Shown here: piece by piece, positions 25,691 to 39,808 of the stretch
How positions within the stretch are numbered: position 1 is the stretch's first letter
Layout of the letters: every line of letters begins with the position of its first letter
Source: Welwitschia mirabilis
Taxonomy: Eukaryota
Reading direction: 5' to 3'
NCBI GenBank assembly: GCA_051453625.1
Contig: JBOZIK010000001.1
Location: 17,378,760-17,442,759, forward strand
DNA length: 64,000 bases
Position numbers and translations under genes: made by a program
Notes under the pieces: model-generated
Database searches by the model: none
Told to the model about the DNA's origin: nothing
The model's input: only the letters and a program-made list of their open reading frames with translations

Positions 25691-28617
25691 ATTTATAGTT
25701 CATATCTATTTAAATTGAGAGATAGAAGAAGGAAATAAAAAAAAAACTTGTAGTACCTATAAACATAGAGATGAAATTAAGAAATTAGAAATTTCATAGC
25801 AAAATGTTAAATCATTTGTTAGTTACTTTGTATTACATACTTGTAGCAAGTGTGTTGGGATTTATTACATTATTACTACAACTCCAATATTTGGAATCAG
25901 TATAAGGAAGTATCTTATTCATACTTCATCATCTAATTGATGTTTTAGATAGGTTAAAGTTATTCCCTAAATAAGAATTTTTAAAGATCAATACATTTAC
26001 ACACCATCATGTAGTGTGTGCAATAAGCACTTCCAATTATAGTAGAACATCATACATGAAAAGGTAGAGACAAACTTTAAATGGTAAAATACCCATGGTG
26101 GTAGTTCCTCTCTAGGGAGGACCCAACAAAAGTAGATAATATGAGCTCATTGCATAGCACATTCATTAGAGTAGTGAGCAACATTGGTCAGCATAGAGAG
26201 GAAGCAATAAAAGTAGTATCTAATAGAGAAAGGCATCTCAAGCTAGAAATGAGTGAGAACAGGAGATGTAGTTACAACAAGAATAAAACATCTAAAAATA
26301 GGATGCTAGTAGTGTACTAGTGGCAATGAGAAAAGAGGAGCTACCAGCAGGACAAGGGNNNNNNNNNNNNNNNNNNNNNNNNNNNNNNNNNNNNNNNNNN
26401 NNNNNNNNNNNNNNNNNNNNNNNNNNNNNNNNNNNNNNNNNNNNNNNNNNNNNNNNNNTAAAATGCAACTGCAAATGCCATTCCCGTCATCATTGCAATG
26501 CAAAGGGATTTTATTGCAATGCTTTTCTTTTCTTGATTTTTATGATAAAAGCCTCTATTATTTACTCTATACTTATCCATTTCAATTTATAATTTATAGT
26601 TCATATCTATTTAAATTAAGAGAGAGAAGAAGGAGAAAAAAAACCTTGTAGCACCTATAAACATAGAGATGAAATTAAGAAATTAGAAATTTCCTAGCAA
26701 AATATTAAATCATTTGTTAGTTACTTTGTATTACATACTTGTAGTAAGTGTGTTGTAATTTATTGCATTATTACTACAACTCCAATATTTGGAATTAGTA
26801 TAAGGAAGTGTCTTATTCATACTTCATCATATGATTGATGTCTTAGATAGGTTAAAGTTATTCCCTAAATAATAATTTTCAAAGATCAATACATTTACAC
26901 ACCATCATGTAGTGTGTGCAATAAGCACTTCTAATTATAGTAGAACATCATACATGAAAAGGCAGAGACAATATTTAAAGGGTGGGATACCCATGGTGGT
27001 GGTGCCTCTCTAGGGAGGACCCAACCAAAGTAGATAATATGAGCTCAGTGCATAGCACATTCAATAGAGTAGTAAGAAACATTAGCCAGCATAGAGAGGA
27101 AGCAATAAAAGTAGTATCTAATAGATAAAGGCATCTCAAGCTAGAAATGAGTGAGAACAGGAGATGTAGTCACAACAAGAATAAAACATCTAAAAATAGG
27201 ATGCTAGTAGTGTAGTAGTGGTAATGAGAAAAGAGGAGCTACCAGTGGGATAAGGGTATTGACATAGGTGAACTAGTGCATAAGGAGCTCTGCCATCATG
27301 ACAAGTAGAATAGAGTTAGATAGGACAGAGTCATTGCTTTATAGAAGTTACAGTATCATCTAGGTTAGTGATTAATAAGGAAGACTACATCACAAGAGTT
27401 CTAGAGGAAGAAAAAAAAGCAGAGGCCATGTGAAGGAGTGTGGAGCTATTACATAGAACTCCTTACATTTTTGGTAAGAGATGATGTCTTAAAAGAGAGA
27501 ACAGACAAGAGTGCTCTAAGGAGGACATTCTAAAATCTCACAAGGATCAGTGTTGTAATGTGTATTTGTGTAAATGCTTAAGTTTGAAAAGATTCTATTA
27601 TTCATAAAATAAATAGATATCTTACATAATGCATCATACTAGTATGAGTGAGAGTAGACCTGAAATGTCGTATTCATGTTGAAGACTATAAAATGAAACT
27701 TAGGTTGCTTTGTAAAATGGAATAGAAATAAAAAATAAATAATGCAGGGAAATAAAAGAATGCAATGCAAATGTAAAGTGAAAATAATCTAGATGAAATG
27801 TAAAATGAACTAACACTACTTTCTTTTAGCCTTTTTACCCTTGATAATCTATATCACCTAAGAAATTGTCACTAGATGAAGGGCAACATAGATTATAAAT
27901 GTCATTAGAAAATATACAATGCAAATATGAAAATAAAATAAGGTTTATATTAAGAAAAAGTAACAATCATCTTGGTTACAAAACAATTGGGTCTTAATGA
28001 AGGATACATAGCCCTCCACTAAGTGCACATCTTTCTGCAATACTCAAGATGGATCTCCTACCTTTTGATCTCCTATCATGAGAATTTCTGATGCANNNNN
28101 NNNNNNNNNNNNNNNNNNNNNNNNNNNNNNNNNNNNNNNNNNNNNNNNNNNNNNNNNNNNNNNNNNNNNNNNNNNNNNNNNNNNNNNNNNNNNNNNNNNN
28201 NNNNNNNNNNNNNNNNNNNNNNNNNNNNNNNNNNNNNNNNNNNNNNNNNNNNNNNNNNNNNNNNNNNNNNNNNNNNNNNNNNNNNNNNNNNNNNNNNNNN
28301 NNNNNNNNNNNNNNNNNNNNNNNNNNNNNNNNNNNNNNNNNNNAGTGCATTAGGAGCTTTGCCATCATGACAAGTAGAATAGAGTTAAATAGGGTAGAGT
28401 CAATGCTTTATAGAAGATACAGTATCATTTAGGCTATGATTAATGAGGAAGACTACATCATAGGAGTTCTAGAGGAAGAAAAAAAGCAAAGATCATGTGA
28501 AGAAGTGTGGAGGGATTACATAGGACTCCTTACATTTCTTACAAGAGATGATGTCTTAAAAGAGAGAATAGACAAGAGTGATCTAAGGAGGACATCCTAA
28601 AATCTCATAAAAATCAG

Positions 28618-29553
28618 TGTTGTAATGTGNNNNNNNNNNNNNNNNNNNNNNNNAAAGAGGAATAAAAACTAAATAATAATGCAGGGAAATAAAAGAATTC
28701 AATGCAAATTTAAAGGGTAACTAATCTAGATGAAATGTAAAATAAACTAACACTACTTGCTTTTAGCCTTTCTTCCCTTAATAATCTATATCACCTAAGA
28801 AACTGTTACTAGATGAAGGGCAACATAGACTATAAGGGTCATTAGAAAATATATGATGCAAATATGAAAATAAAACAAGGTTTATATTAAGAAAAAGTAA
28901 TAATCATCTTGGTTATAAGATAGTTGGATCTTAATGAAAGATACATAGCCCTCCACCAAGTGCACATCTTTCTGCAATACTCAAGATGGATCTCCTACCC
29001 TTTGATCTCCTATCATGAGAAGTTCTGATGCAATGAAGATGAGAAGGAGAATTAAAGAGGGGGTTTATTTATAATAAATAATATCAAAAAAAGACAAATT
29101 ATAGGTACAAAGAGACACTCATAAATGAAACAGATAAAATAGTTAAAAGTTACTGTCAGAGTCAGTTACATGTCAGTGTATTATGGACTATCATATAAAC
29201 GACTATGGGGGCAATAGCATATTATATAAGATGACTCAAAATGATGATTTAGTAGCATTTTAGTAGTCCACATTAATAGTCATCGTCCTACCTATTGTGA
29301 GGATAACAGAGGGGATGATAGTCTTCTCTAATTATTTTCTTAAGGAGAAACAAGCATTTTTGTCAATAATATTTCTTTAAAGCTCTATGAATTAGTAAAT
29401 ACCTTTAATACATTAAATCTAGACAAGAATCACACATTTCTAAAATTTGCTCTTATGTCTCCAAAATCCTTAGAATTTCACTTAAACCTGTATAAAGTCC
29501 TATAAAAAAACTCATAAATCCTTATCAAATAACCACAAATTAGTAGTGCAACA
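28618..29553 (-). repeat. 3' LTR (partial alternative copy at 27551-28095)
   Basis: Homologous along its length to 38732-39803, with TGTTG/CAACA ends and a minus-strand TATAAATAAA near 29063-29073. Confidence 0.9.
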
Positions 29554-32500
29554 TAGCCTTTAACTTAGCCTTTATTAGTTCCTGACAAAATCTAGGTAGA
29601 AAAACCATAATTGCAAGCCAATTTGTTTTTTAAAAGATAAATCTAGAAGTTATAAAATAGGATCATAAAAACATTCCATAGATAAATGATAAGTAATGCA
29701 TAATGTTTATAAAAATTTAAAAACTTTATGTCATAAAAGATCTAAATTATGTTAAAAAGTTTTGAAAATGAGCCATAAAAATGGGTCTCTACCCTTTCCC
29801 TCCATAAAAAAAAAGCAATANNNNNNNNNNNNNNNNNNNNNNNNNNNNNNNNNNNNNNNNNNNNNNNNNNNNNNNNNNNNNNNNNNNNNNNNNNNNNNNN
29901 NNNNNNNNNNNNNNNNNNNNATAAAAAAAAAAAAAAAAAACAATACATCCTATATTGAAAAATAAAGTAAATAAAGTAAATAGGAGTGGAAAGGAAAGTA
30001 AAAGAGAGAAACTTTTAAACAAAGTACAAAGATGAGTAATGTCAAATTTGAAAAATATGGAGATATGAAATATTCTAATAGGTAAAGAAAAAAGTGGATC
30101 AAAATATTTCATCACAAAAAGAATAAGAGAAATGCTTAGAACACTTAAATTATGAAAAAATAAATAACACAAATTTATTGAGAAAACACTCATATAAGAA
30201 ACTATCTTTTATTCAAAACTAAACAAGAAAAATAAGATAAGAAAATATGGTAATGACTTTGAAATAACCAACTAAGCCACAAAAGAAAACAAGAAGAATG
30301 GGCATAAGATAACATAAAAGATAGCTCACCGATCTAATATTTTAACTTAGTAAACTCCCATGAAAGAAATTATAACATTACTTGATGTGAAAAATGCATG
30401 ACATAATGTAGAAAAATGCCATTCGATAAGGCAGTGGTTATGAGGATGCTAAAATAAAATGTTCTAAACAATAAATGATCAAACCAAAGAATTACTCAAA
30501 AATGAACTTTATCTACCATCAGACATTTAAATCTTAAGAAATGAAATGATCATGTGGAAGGACAAAGAGTCTAATAATCAGTTAATACCTCTAATAACAC
30601 CAAGAACACCACTGATCCCATAGCCTTAAAGTTTAAATATGACTTTATTATCCATGATGAGGGGAGTGTAACCCTAGTAAAAGAAGTAAGGACCTATGAA
30701 GCATGACTAACTAACCTCCCAATGGATTTTTCATAGATACCATATTACACTACCAAAGGCTCCTCTCAAAAATATCTGCCTTACTGTACTTGATGTAGGA
30801 CATCATGATAAGCATGTTTTTGAGATAGCACAAATAGAANNNNNNNNNNNNNNNNNNNNNNNNNNNNNNNNNNNNNNNNNNNNNNNNNNNNNNNNNNNNN
30901 NNNNNNNNNNNNNNNNNNNNNNNNNNNNNNNNNNNNNNNNNNNNNNNNNNNNNNNNNNNNNNNNNNNNNNNNNNNNNNNNNNNNNNNNNNNNNNNNNNNN
31001 NNNNNNNNNNNNNNNNNNNNNNNNNNNNNNNNNNNNNNNNNNNNNNNNNNNNNNNNNNNNNNNNNNNNNNNNNNNNNNNNNNNNNNNNNNNNNNNNNNNN
31101 NNNNNNNNNNNNNNNNNNNNNNNNNNNNNNNNNNNNNNNNNNNNNNNNNNNNNNNNNNNNNNNNNNNNNNNNNNNNNNNNNNNNNNNNNNNNNNNNNNNN
31201 NNNNNNNNNNNNNNNNNNNNNNNNNNNNNNNNNNNNNNNNNNNNNNNNNNNNNNNNNNNAATCAAGTTAGAAATCTCAATAGATCCATAAAAATTTATTT
31301 TCTCAAAATAATAAAAAACAAAAATTAAACTTTTATTAACTATCATCCTACGCATCATCCAGATGAGAGAGAGGATGACAGACAAATAAAAAATCATGAG
31401 AAAACACAACCATCATCCACCTAGTCGTGGGGATAATAGGTAAGATGATAGATTATTATTACTAAAACAAAAAATAGAAACTATAAATAAAAACATAAAC
31501 TAAAAATAGAAAACAAAGACTATCAAAGCCAAAAACTAAAAATCAAAATGAAAAGTATTAAGAAAGCCAAAAGATCAAGGCAAGCAAACTTTATTTAAAT
31601 TCTAAAATCTAACTCACACTTTTTATTAAAAAAAAAGAGAGAAAGCGAAAGAGATATGACCTCAATATATTTATATTCTTTTAAAAAAATAAGATCCAAA
31701 CCAAATATTCACCAATTAATAAAACATGAAAGGTATGCAATCATTCTTAAGTAGAATAATTTGAAGAAGTGAGAGTAAAAAAATAATACCTGGATAGAAC
31801 AATGTTCTAAATTTAAATAAGAGATAAAGAAATGAAAAGTGTCATTAGAAAATAATATCTTATAAAAGCTTTGTAAATCTTAAGCATCATTGGAAAAGGC
31901 ATGTGAAAAGGAACTCAAAGAAATTTTTCAAGATAGTTTTGAAGGATATTTAAAATGTTTCCTAACATTTTATTTAAGATATGAATACTTAAGAGGAAAA
32001 CAAGGCTTTTTTAATTTTGCATAAACACATAATGATTTGTTTTCATAATCATTAATGTAAGAGACAAAAATTCATACAACTTATGGAAAAAAAAAAATCT
32101 CTTATCAAACTCATGATATAAAGGATTTAGAACATATATTNNNNNNNNNNNNNNNNNNNNNNNNNNNNNNNNNNNNNNNNNNNNNNNNNNNNNNNNNNNN
32201 NNNNNNNNNNNNNNNNNNNNNNNNNNNNNNNNNNNNNNNNGTATTAAGAAAGCCAAAAGATCAAGGCAAGAAAACTTTACTTAAATTCTAAAATCTAACT
32301 GACACTTTTTATTTAAAAAAAAGAGAGAAAGAAAAAGAGATATGACCTTGATATATTTATATTCTTTAAAAAAAAGAGATCTAAACTAAATATTCACCCA
32401 TTAATAAAACATGAAAGGTATGCAATCATTCTTAAGCATAATAATTGGAAGAAGTGAGAGTAAAAAGATAACACCTGGATAGCATAATGTTCTAAATTTA

Positions 32501-32999
32501 AATAAGAGATAAAGAAATGAAAAGTGTCATTGGAAGATAATATCTTATAAAATCTTTATAAATCTTGAGCATCATTGCAAAAGGGATGTGAAAAGAAACT
32601 CAAAGAAAGTTTTCAACATAGTTTTGAAGGATCTTTAAAATGTTTTCTAACATTTGATTTAAGATATGAATTCTTAAGAGGAAAATAAGGCTTTTTCAAT
32701 TTTGCATAAACACATAATGATTTATTTCCACAAGCATTAATGTAAGAGACAAAAAATTCATACAACTTATGGAAAAAAAATCTCTTATCAAACTCACGAT
32801 ATGAAGGATTTAGAACATAGATTGCATTCAGAGCTTGATATTGAAAGAGGCTTTATTTAATATCCAAGGATTTATAAGAAACATCTTAGATAAGAGATTA
32901 ATATAGGTTTAACATACATAATAAGCTCTTTAACATTTAATTTCAAACATGGATTAGGATTAAGAATATATGGTTTTCCCCAATTAAGAATTCCAAGGT

Positions 33000-35940
33000 A
33001 TCCCAAATTTTATTTTAGAAAAGAATGATTAATGGAAGTACATGGTAGAGTCAACTTTGCAAATAAGAAAAAGATGTTACTTTTTGCACATGAATTTTTT
33101 AAAGGAAGAGGTTGGGATATTTTTGAGCTCAAGTCTTTAAGATGATGTGGTTTATTACTTTTAAGGATAAGAATCTGATTTGGAGGATTGCTTGTTTGAA
33201 TATTTTCATCATTAATTGTATCTCCCTCTTTTTTATGATTGATTATTTATTACTCTTTATTTTCATTTTGTTAAGGATCATTGTTCTTTTCTAAGTTGGT
33301 GGATTTCTTAAGAAGATCATTAGAAAGATTGTAGAAAGAAAATATCTTATTATTTTCATTATTTAATGAAATATATTTTAATGCCTCTTGTCTTGATTCC
33401 TCTTCCTCTCTAAATAATTCCATTAATTCTAAACTATAATCCTCATTGAAGTTGAGTTGATCATTTTCCATTGATTCTAGTTTAATGCTTATCTCCATTA
33501 ATTTCAAAAGTTGAGCCTCTAGTATTGGTGAAACTCCTTCATCCTTATAAAATATGTGAAACTATGGGACATGATCTAAAATTTTGATGTCATCATCTTC
33601 TTATTCTTCACTATTCTCATCAACTTATTTTATATTGTTGTTTCCATTAGGAGGGGAAATGTGATCATCATTTTTATCATAGATTAAAGAATTTTTATAT
33701 TGTTTATGAATGTATTTTAATGAATGATTTTCTAACACTTTATCATCATTATCTAACAAATAGTCATCCTCATATTCATTGTTGAAAGATATAGTTGAAT
33801 TGTTATTGTTTCTCCTTTGCTCATATCCTAATGAGTAGAATGATGAAGTTTTATCTAAAATTTTATTCTCAACTTGGAAGCAAGGATCATAATCATTCAT
33901 TTATTTTCATTTTTATTAAGGTAAGATGAATTAGAATAGTTTTGAGGATTNNNNNNNNNNNNNNNNNNNNNNNNNNNNNNNNNNNNNNNNNNNNNNNNNN
34001 NNNNNNNNNNNNNNNNNNNNNNNNNNNNNNNNNNNNNNNNNNNNNNNNNNAAGATGTTGGAATATTGTTGAGCTCAAGTCTTTAAGATGATGTGGTTTAT
34101 TACTTTAAGGATAAGAATGTGATTTGGAGGATTGCTTGTTTGAATATTTTCATTATTAATTGTATCTCTCTCTTCTTTATGATTGATTATTTCTTACTCT
34201 TCATTTTCATTTTGTTAAGGATCATTGTTCTTTTCTAAGTTGGTGGATTTCTCAAGAAGATCATTAGAAAGTTTGTAGAAAGAAAATCTCTTATTATTTT
34301 CATTATTTGATAAAATATATTTTAATGTTTCTTGTCTTTATTCCTTTTCCTCTCTAAATAATTCCATTAATTCTAAACTATAATCCTCATTTAAGTTGAG
34401 TTGATCATTTTCCATTGATTCTGGTTTAATGCTTATCTCCATTAATTTCAAAAGTTGATCCTCTAGTATTGGTAAAACTCCTTCATCCTTATAAAATATG
34501 TGAAAGTATGAAATATGATCTAAAATTTTGATGTCATCATCTTCTTCATCTTCACTATTCTCATTAACTTATTTCATATTGTTGTTTCCATTTGGAGGGG
34601 AAATGTGATCATTATTTTTATCATAGATTAAATAATTTTTATATTGTTTATGAATGTATTTTAATGAATGATTTTCTAATACCTTATCATCATTATCTAA
34701 CAAATAGTAATCCTCATCTTCATTATTAAAAGATATGTTGAATTGTTATAGTTTCTCCTTTACTCATATTCTAATGAGTAGAATGATGAAGTTTTATCTA
34801 AAATTTTATTCTCAACTTGAAAGCAAGAATCATAATCATTCATTCATTCTAATTTTTACTAAGGCAAGATGAATTAGAATAGTTTTGAGGATTTTTTGCA
34901 GTTGAAGAGATAGAAGATTTTGTTGAAGAATTGCAGCCAAATTTTTTTCCATGCATTTGTTGGTATCTTATTGATGCCTTACTATGTTCCTAAATACTTT
35001 ATTCGATCATTCTTTTCTTTATAGTAGTTTATGGAAGATGGATGGAATGGATAAAAGTGATTATATAAGGTTAANNNNNNNNNNNNNNNNNNNNNNNNNN
35101 NNNNNNNNNNNNNNNNNNNNNNNNNNNNNNNNNNNNNNNNNNNNNNNNNNNNNNNNNNNNNNNNNNNNNNNNNNGTTGGTATCTTATTGATGCCTTACTA
35201 TGTCCCTAAATACTTTATTCGATCAGTCTCTTCTTTATACTAGTTTATGGGAGATGGATGAAATGGATAAAAGTGATTATATGATGTTAACTATCTAATA
35301 TTTTCATTATTATTCCTATATGGATTTTGAAAAGGAAAAGGGAAATAATAAGATGGTTGAAAAGAGGAATGGGCTCAACTCCTATTCTCAACATTATTTT
35401 TTTTATCTCCCTTTTCTACTAAAATCTCTCTAAGTGTTTTCTTATCATTTTTCTCAANNNNNNNNNNNNNNNNNNNNNNNNNNNNNNNNNNNNNNNNNNN
35501 NNNNNNNNNNNNNNNNNNNNNNNNNNNNNNNNNNNNNNNNNNNNNNNNNNNNNNNNNTACTATGTTCCTACATACTTTATTCGATCATTCTTTTCTTTAT
35601 AGTAGTTGATGGAAGATGGATGGAATGGATAAAAGTGATTATATAAGGTTAAATATCTAAGATTTTCATTATTATTCCTATATGAGTTTTGAAAAGGAAA
35701 AGGGGAATAATAAAATGGTTGAAAAGAGGAATGGGCTTAAATCCTATTCTCAACATTATTTTTTTTAATCTCTCTTTTTTTAGTAAAAGCTCTCTAAGTG
35801 TTTTCATATTATTTTTCTCAAATTCTTTTCTCTCTTTTTTAGTAAAAAGTTCTTGAAGTATTTTACTATTATTGTCCTCAAGTTTGTTTTTACACCTTTT
35901 AGCAAGACTTTCTATATAAGTTCTTCTATTACTATTCACT
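33000..35940 (-). pseudogene. Decayed internal ORF of the non-autonomous Athila-type element (gag position)
   Basis: ORF pieces 35649-35939, 33625-33900 and 33271-33507 are low-complexity N/D/E/K-rich and sit downstream of the 5' UTR. No RT motif seen. Confidence 0.5.
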
Positions 35941-38710
35941 TTTGAGAAGAATGGGAAGAATAGAATATTAGTTGAAGATGAAGGAAGATTCTCAAAGATG
36001 ATGAAGTTTTAAAATTAAAATGAGCTTAAAAAAATAATGTATGCACCTAGAGTTTATGTTCCTATCCTTATTTAATACTTTCATTTATCAGCAACTCCTT
36101 TTTTTTATAAGGCTTTTTCTAAATCAAACTTATCATGGTTCTTGTAAATAATAGAAAAAAATAAAAAAATAACACTGTCATCCTGTCTATCATGAGTATG
36201 ATAGATGGGATAATACACACAGAGAAAACAAAAAAAATAGAAATAGAATTATAACCAAAATAAAAAGCAAAAAATACAAAAAATAGGATTGTCATCCACC
36301 TGGTCATCTAGACATCATAGGAAATAATAGAAACTAATTTATTACAAAAAAATTAAAATCCAAAAACAAAAAGTACACACTATCATCCTCTTNNNNNNNN
36401 NNNNNNNNNNNNNNNNNNNNNNNNNNNNNNNNNNNNNNNNNNNNNNNNNNNNNNNNNNNNNNNNNNNNNNNNNNNNNNNNNNNNNNNNNNNNTTTTTCTA
36501 AAAAGGATTTTTCTAAACCAAACTTATTATAGTTCTTGTAAATAATATAAAACAAATAAAAAAATAACATTGTCATCCTATTTTTCATGGGTATGATAGA
36601 AGGGATGGTACACACAAAGAAAACAAAAAAAAAATAGAAACAAAATTATAACCAAAATAGAAAGCAGAAAACATAAAAAATAGGACTGTCATCTACCTGG
36701 TCATCCAGACATCATAGGAGATAACAGAAACTAATTTATTACAAAAAAATTATCCAAAAACAAAAAGTGGACAATATCATCCTCTTTTATCATTGGAATA
36801 ATAGAAGGGATNNNNNNNNNNNNNNNNNNNNNNNNNNNNNNNNNNNNNNNNNNNNNNNNNNNNNNNNNNNNNNNNNNNNNNNNNNNNNNNNNNNNNNNNN
36901 NNNNNNNNNNNNNNNNNNNNNNNNNNNNNNNNNNNNNNNNNNNNNNNNNNNNNNNNNNNNNNNNNNNNNNNNNNNNNNNNNNNNNNNNNNNNNNNNNNNN
37001 NNNNNNNNNNNNNNNNNNNNNNNNNNNNNNNNNNNNNNNNNNNNNNNNNNNNNNNNNNNNNNNNNNNNNNNNNNNNNNTACATCATACTAGTATGAGTGG
37101 AAGTAAACCCAAAATATCATATTCACATTGAAGATTATGAGATAAGACTTAGGTTGCTTTGAAAAATCTAATAGGAATAAAAATTAAATAATAACATAGA
37201 AAAATAAAGGAATGCAATGCAAATGTAAAGTGCAACTAATCTAGATGAAATGCAAAATGAACTAACAGTAGTTTCTTTTAGCCTTAATAAAGGCTACACT
37301 TGATAATCTATATCATCCAAGAAATTGTCACCAGATCAAGGGACACATAGGCTATAAGGGTTATTAGAAAATCTATAATACAAACATTAAAATAAATAAA
37401 GATTTATATTAAGAGAGAGTAATAGGCATCTTAGTTACAAAATAGTCAGGTCTTAATGGAGGATTCATAGCCCTCCACCAAGTGCACGTCTTTTTACAAC
37501 ACTCAAGTTTGATCTCCCCTCCTTTGATCTCTTGTCATGAGAATTTCTAGTGAAACAAAGATTAGAAGAAGAGTTGAAGGGTGGGTTTATTTATAACAAA
37601 TCATAGCAGAAAAAGACAAAGGTAGGTATGGCTAAGTGTACTCATAAATGAAATGGACAAAAAGGTCAAAAATTACTGTTAGAATCAGTTACATATCAGT
37701 GTCATCTAGACTATCATCTGGATGACAATGGGGAGAACAATACATTATACAAGATTACATAGAATGATGACTTAGTAGTGATTTAGTAGTCCACATCAGT
37801 AGCAATTATCATGCCTATCATGTAAACAACAAAGGAGATGATAGTCTTATTTGATCATTTTATTAAGAAGAAACTAGCATTTTTGTCAATAATATTTCTT
37901 CTCTATGCATTAAAAAGTGACTTTAATACATCAAATCTGGATAAGAATCACACATTTTTGAGATTTCCTCTTGTATTTTTAAATCCTTAGAATTGCACTT
38001 AAACCTGTATAAAAGTCCTATAAAACAACTCATAAAACCCCATTAAATAACACAAATTGGTAGCAAAACAATCAAGGTAGATAATGGCCTCAGTGTTTCT
38101 TAATTATCCAACCAGAAAAAGTGGCACAAACAAAAAATGTAAAGGGGCCATTTGCAAATGATGTTATTGAATAGCGGAAGACCTATAAATAGGAGGGGAA
38201 AACATCAAAAGAAATGGAGAGTCCATTAGAAATAGCACTAGTGAAGAGATCACATCGATGGCATCTAAGAGGATTTATAAGGAAGTGCCTTGGATAAAAG
38301 AAGTACATTGTCATATTATAGTTTGACATTATTGATAGGCAACCACTCTTTAAGCCTCTTATCTAATGCAGTGACATTTAAATAGCTTGATTAGTTGCCT
38401 AAAGAACCACAAAAGTTAATTTAAGTTTTCTTTTATCCTTTTATTGACTTTTAGCTATATGAAAGGGGATTTACTATGTAGCATATATAGTTATAACAAT
38501 AAAATTTTGCTTTAGTATTCATTAGTTCATGACAAATTNNNNNNNNNNNNNNNNNNNNNNNNNNNNNNNNNNNNNNNNNNNNNNNNNNNNNNNNNNNNNN
38601 NNNNNNNNNNNNNNNNNNNNNNNNNNNNNNNNNNNNNNTAAATAAATAACTGAACTGAGATCCAATATACTCACTCCAATAAGGACAACCCTTGTACTCC
38701 TTAATAACCT

Positions 38711-38728
38711 TCCCTAATAACAGCACCA
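38711..38728 (-). promoter_or_regulatory. Primer-binding site, tRNA-Asp type (Athila)
   Basis: TGGTGCTGTTATTAGGGA, 3 nt from the LTR, differs from the Athila PBS TGGCGCCGTTGCCGGGGA only by C>T and G>A transitions. Confidence 0.85.
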
Positions 38729-38731
38729 ATT

Positions 38732-39803
38732 TATTGCAGTGTGTATTTATGCAAGTGCTTCAATTTCAAAAGATTCTATTATTTATAGAATAAATAGATA
38801 TCTTACATAATACATCATACTATTATAAGTGGAAGTAGACCTAAAATATCATATTCACATTGAAGATTATGAGATAAGACTTAGGTTGCTTTGTAAACTT
38901 TAATAGGAATAAAAAATAAATAATAATGTAGAAAAATAAAGTAATGCATTGAAAATATAAAGTGCCACTAATCTAGATGAAATGCAAAATAAACTAACAG
39001 TAGTTTCTTTTAGCCTTAACAAAGGCTACCCTTGAAAATCTATATCATTCAAGAAATTCTCACCAGATCAAGGGACACATAGACTATAAGGATTATTAGA
39101 AAATCTATAATGCAAAAATGAAAATAAAGTAATATTTATATTAAGAGAGAGTAATAGGCATCTTAATTACAAAATAGTCAGGTTCCAATGGAAGATTCAT
39201 AGCCCTTCACCAAGTGCACATCTTTCTGCAACACTCAAGATTGATCTCCTGTCCTTCAATCTCTTGTGATGAGAATTTCTAGTGAAACAATGATAATAAG
39301 AAGAGTTTAAGGATGGGTTTATTTATAACAACTCATAGCAGAAAAAGACAAAGGTAGGTGTGGCTAGGCATACTCATAAATAAAATGGACAAAATGGTTA
39401 AAATTTACTATTACAATTAGTTACATATTAGAGTCATCTAGACTATCATCTGGATGACAATGGGGACAACAACACATTATACAAGATGATGTAGAATGAT
39501 GACTTAGTAGTAATTTAGTAGTTCACATTAGCAGTCGTTGTTGTGCCTATCATGTGAATGACAAAGGAGATGATAGTCTTATTTGATCATTTTATTAAGA
39601 AGAAACCAGCATTTTTATCAATAATATTTCTTCTCTACGAATTAAAAAGTGACTTTAATACATCAAATCTAAATAAGAATCACATATTTTTAAGATTTTC
39701 TCTTGTATTTTTAGAATCCTCAAAATTGCACTTAAGCCTATATAAAAGTCCTACAAAACAACTCATAAAACCCCATCAAATAACACAAATTGGTATCACA
39801 ACA
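38732..39803 (-). repeat. 5' LTR (alternative copy at 37079-38070)
   Basis: Bounded by the PBS and the TSD, and homologous to 28618-29553. Confidence 0.9.
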
Positions 39804-39808
39804 ATCAG

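Larger units (their letters stand above)
27551..39803 (-). mobile_element. Full-length non-autonomous Athila-type LTR retrotransposon
   Basis: LTR termini TGTTG...CAACA. Perfect 5-bp TSD ATCAG at 27546-27550 (also 28613-28617) and 39804-39808. PBS next to the 5' LTR, Athila-like 3' end at 29554-29590, and only decayed N/D/E/K-rich ORF pieces inside. Confidence 0.9.

Noticed and set aside
27994-29075. Endogenous caulimovirus intergenic region with a small ORF
   Set aside because: It lies within the LTR defined by TG/CA ends, PBS and TSD, and no movement or coat protein motifs were seen.
33271-33900. Asn/Asp-rich ORFs as foreign (protist-like) genes
   Set aside because: They are internal to the Athila-type element, disrupted in the duplicate copy, and explained by AT-rich decay.
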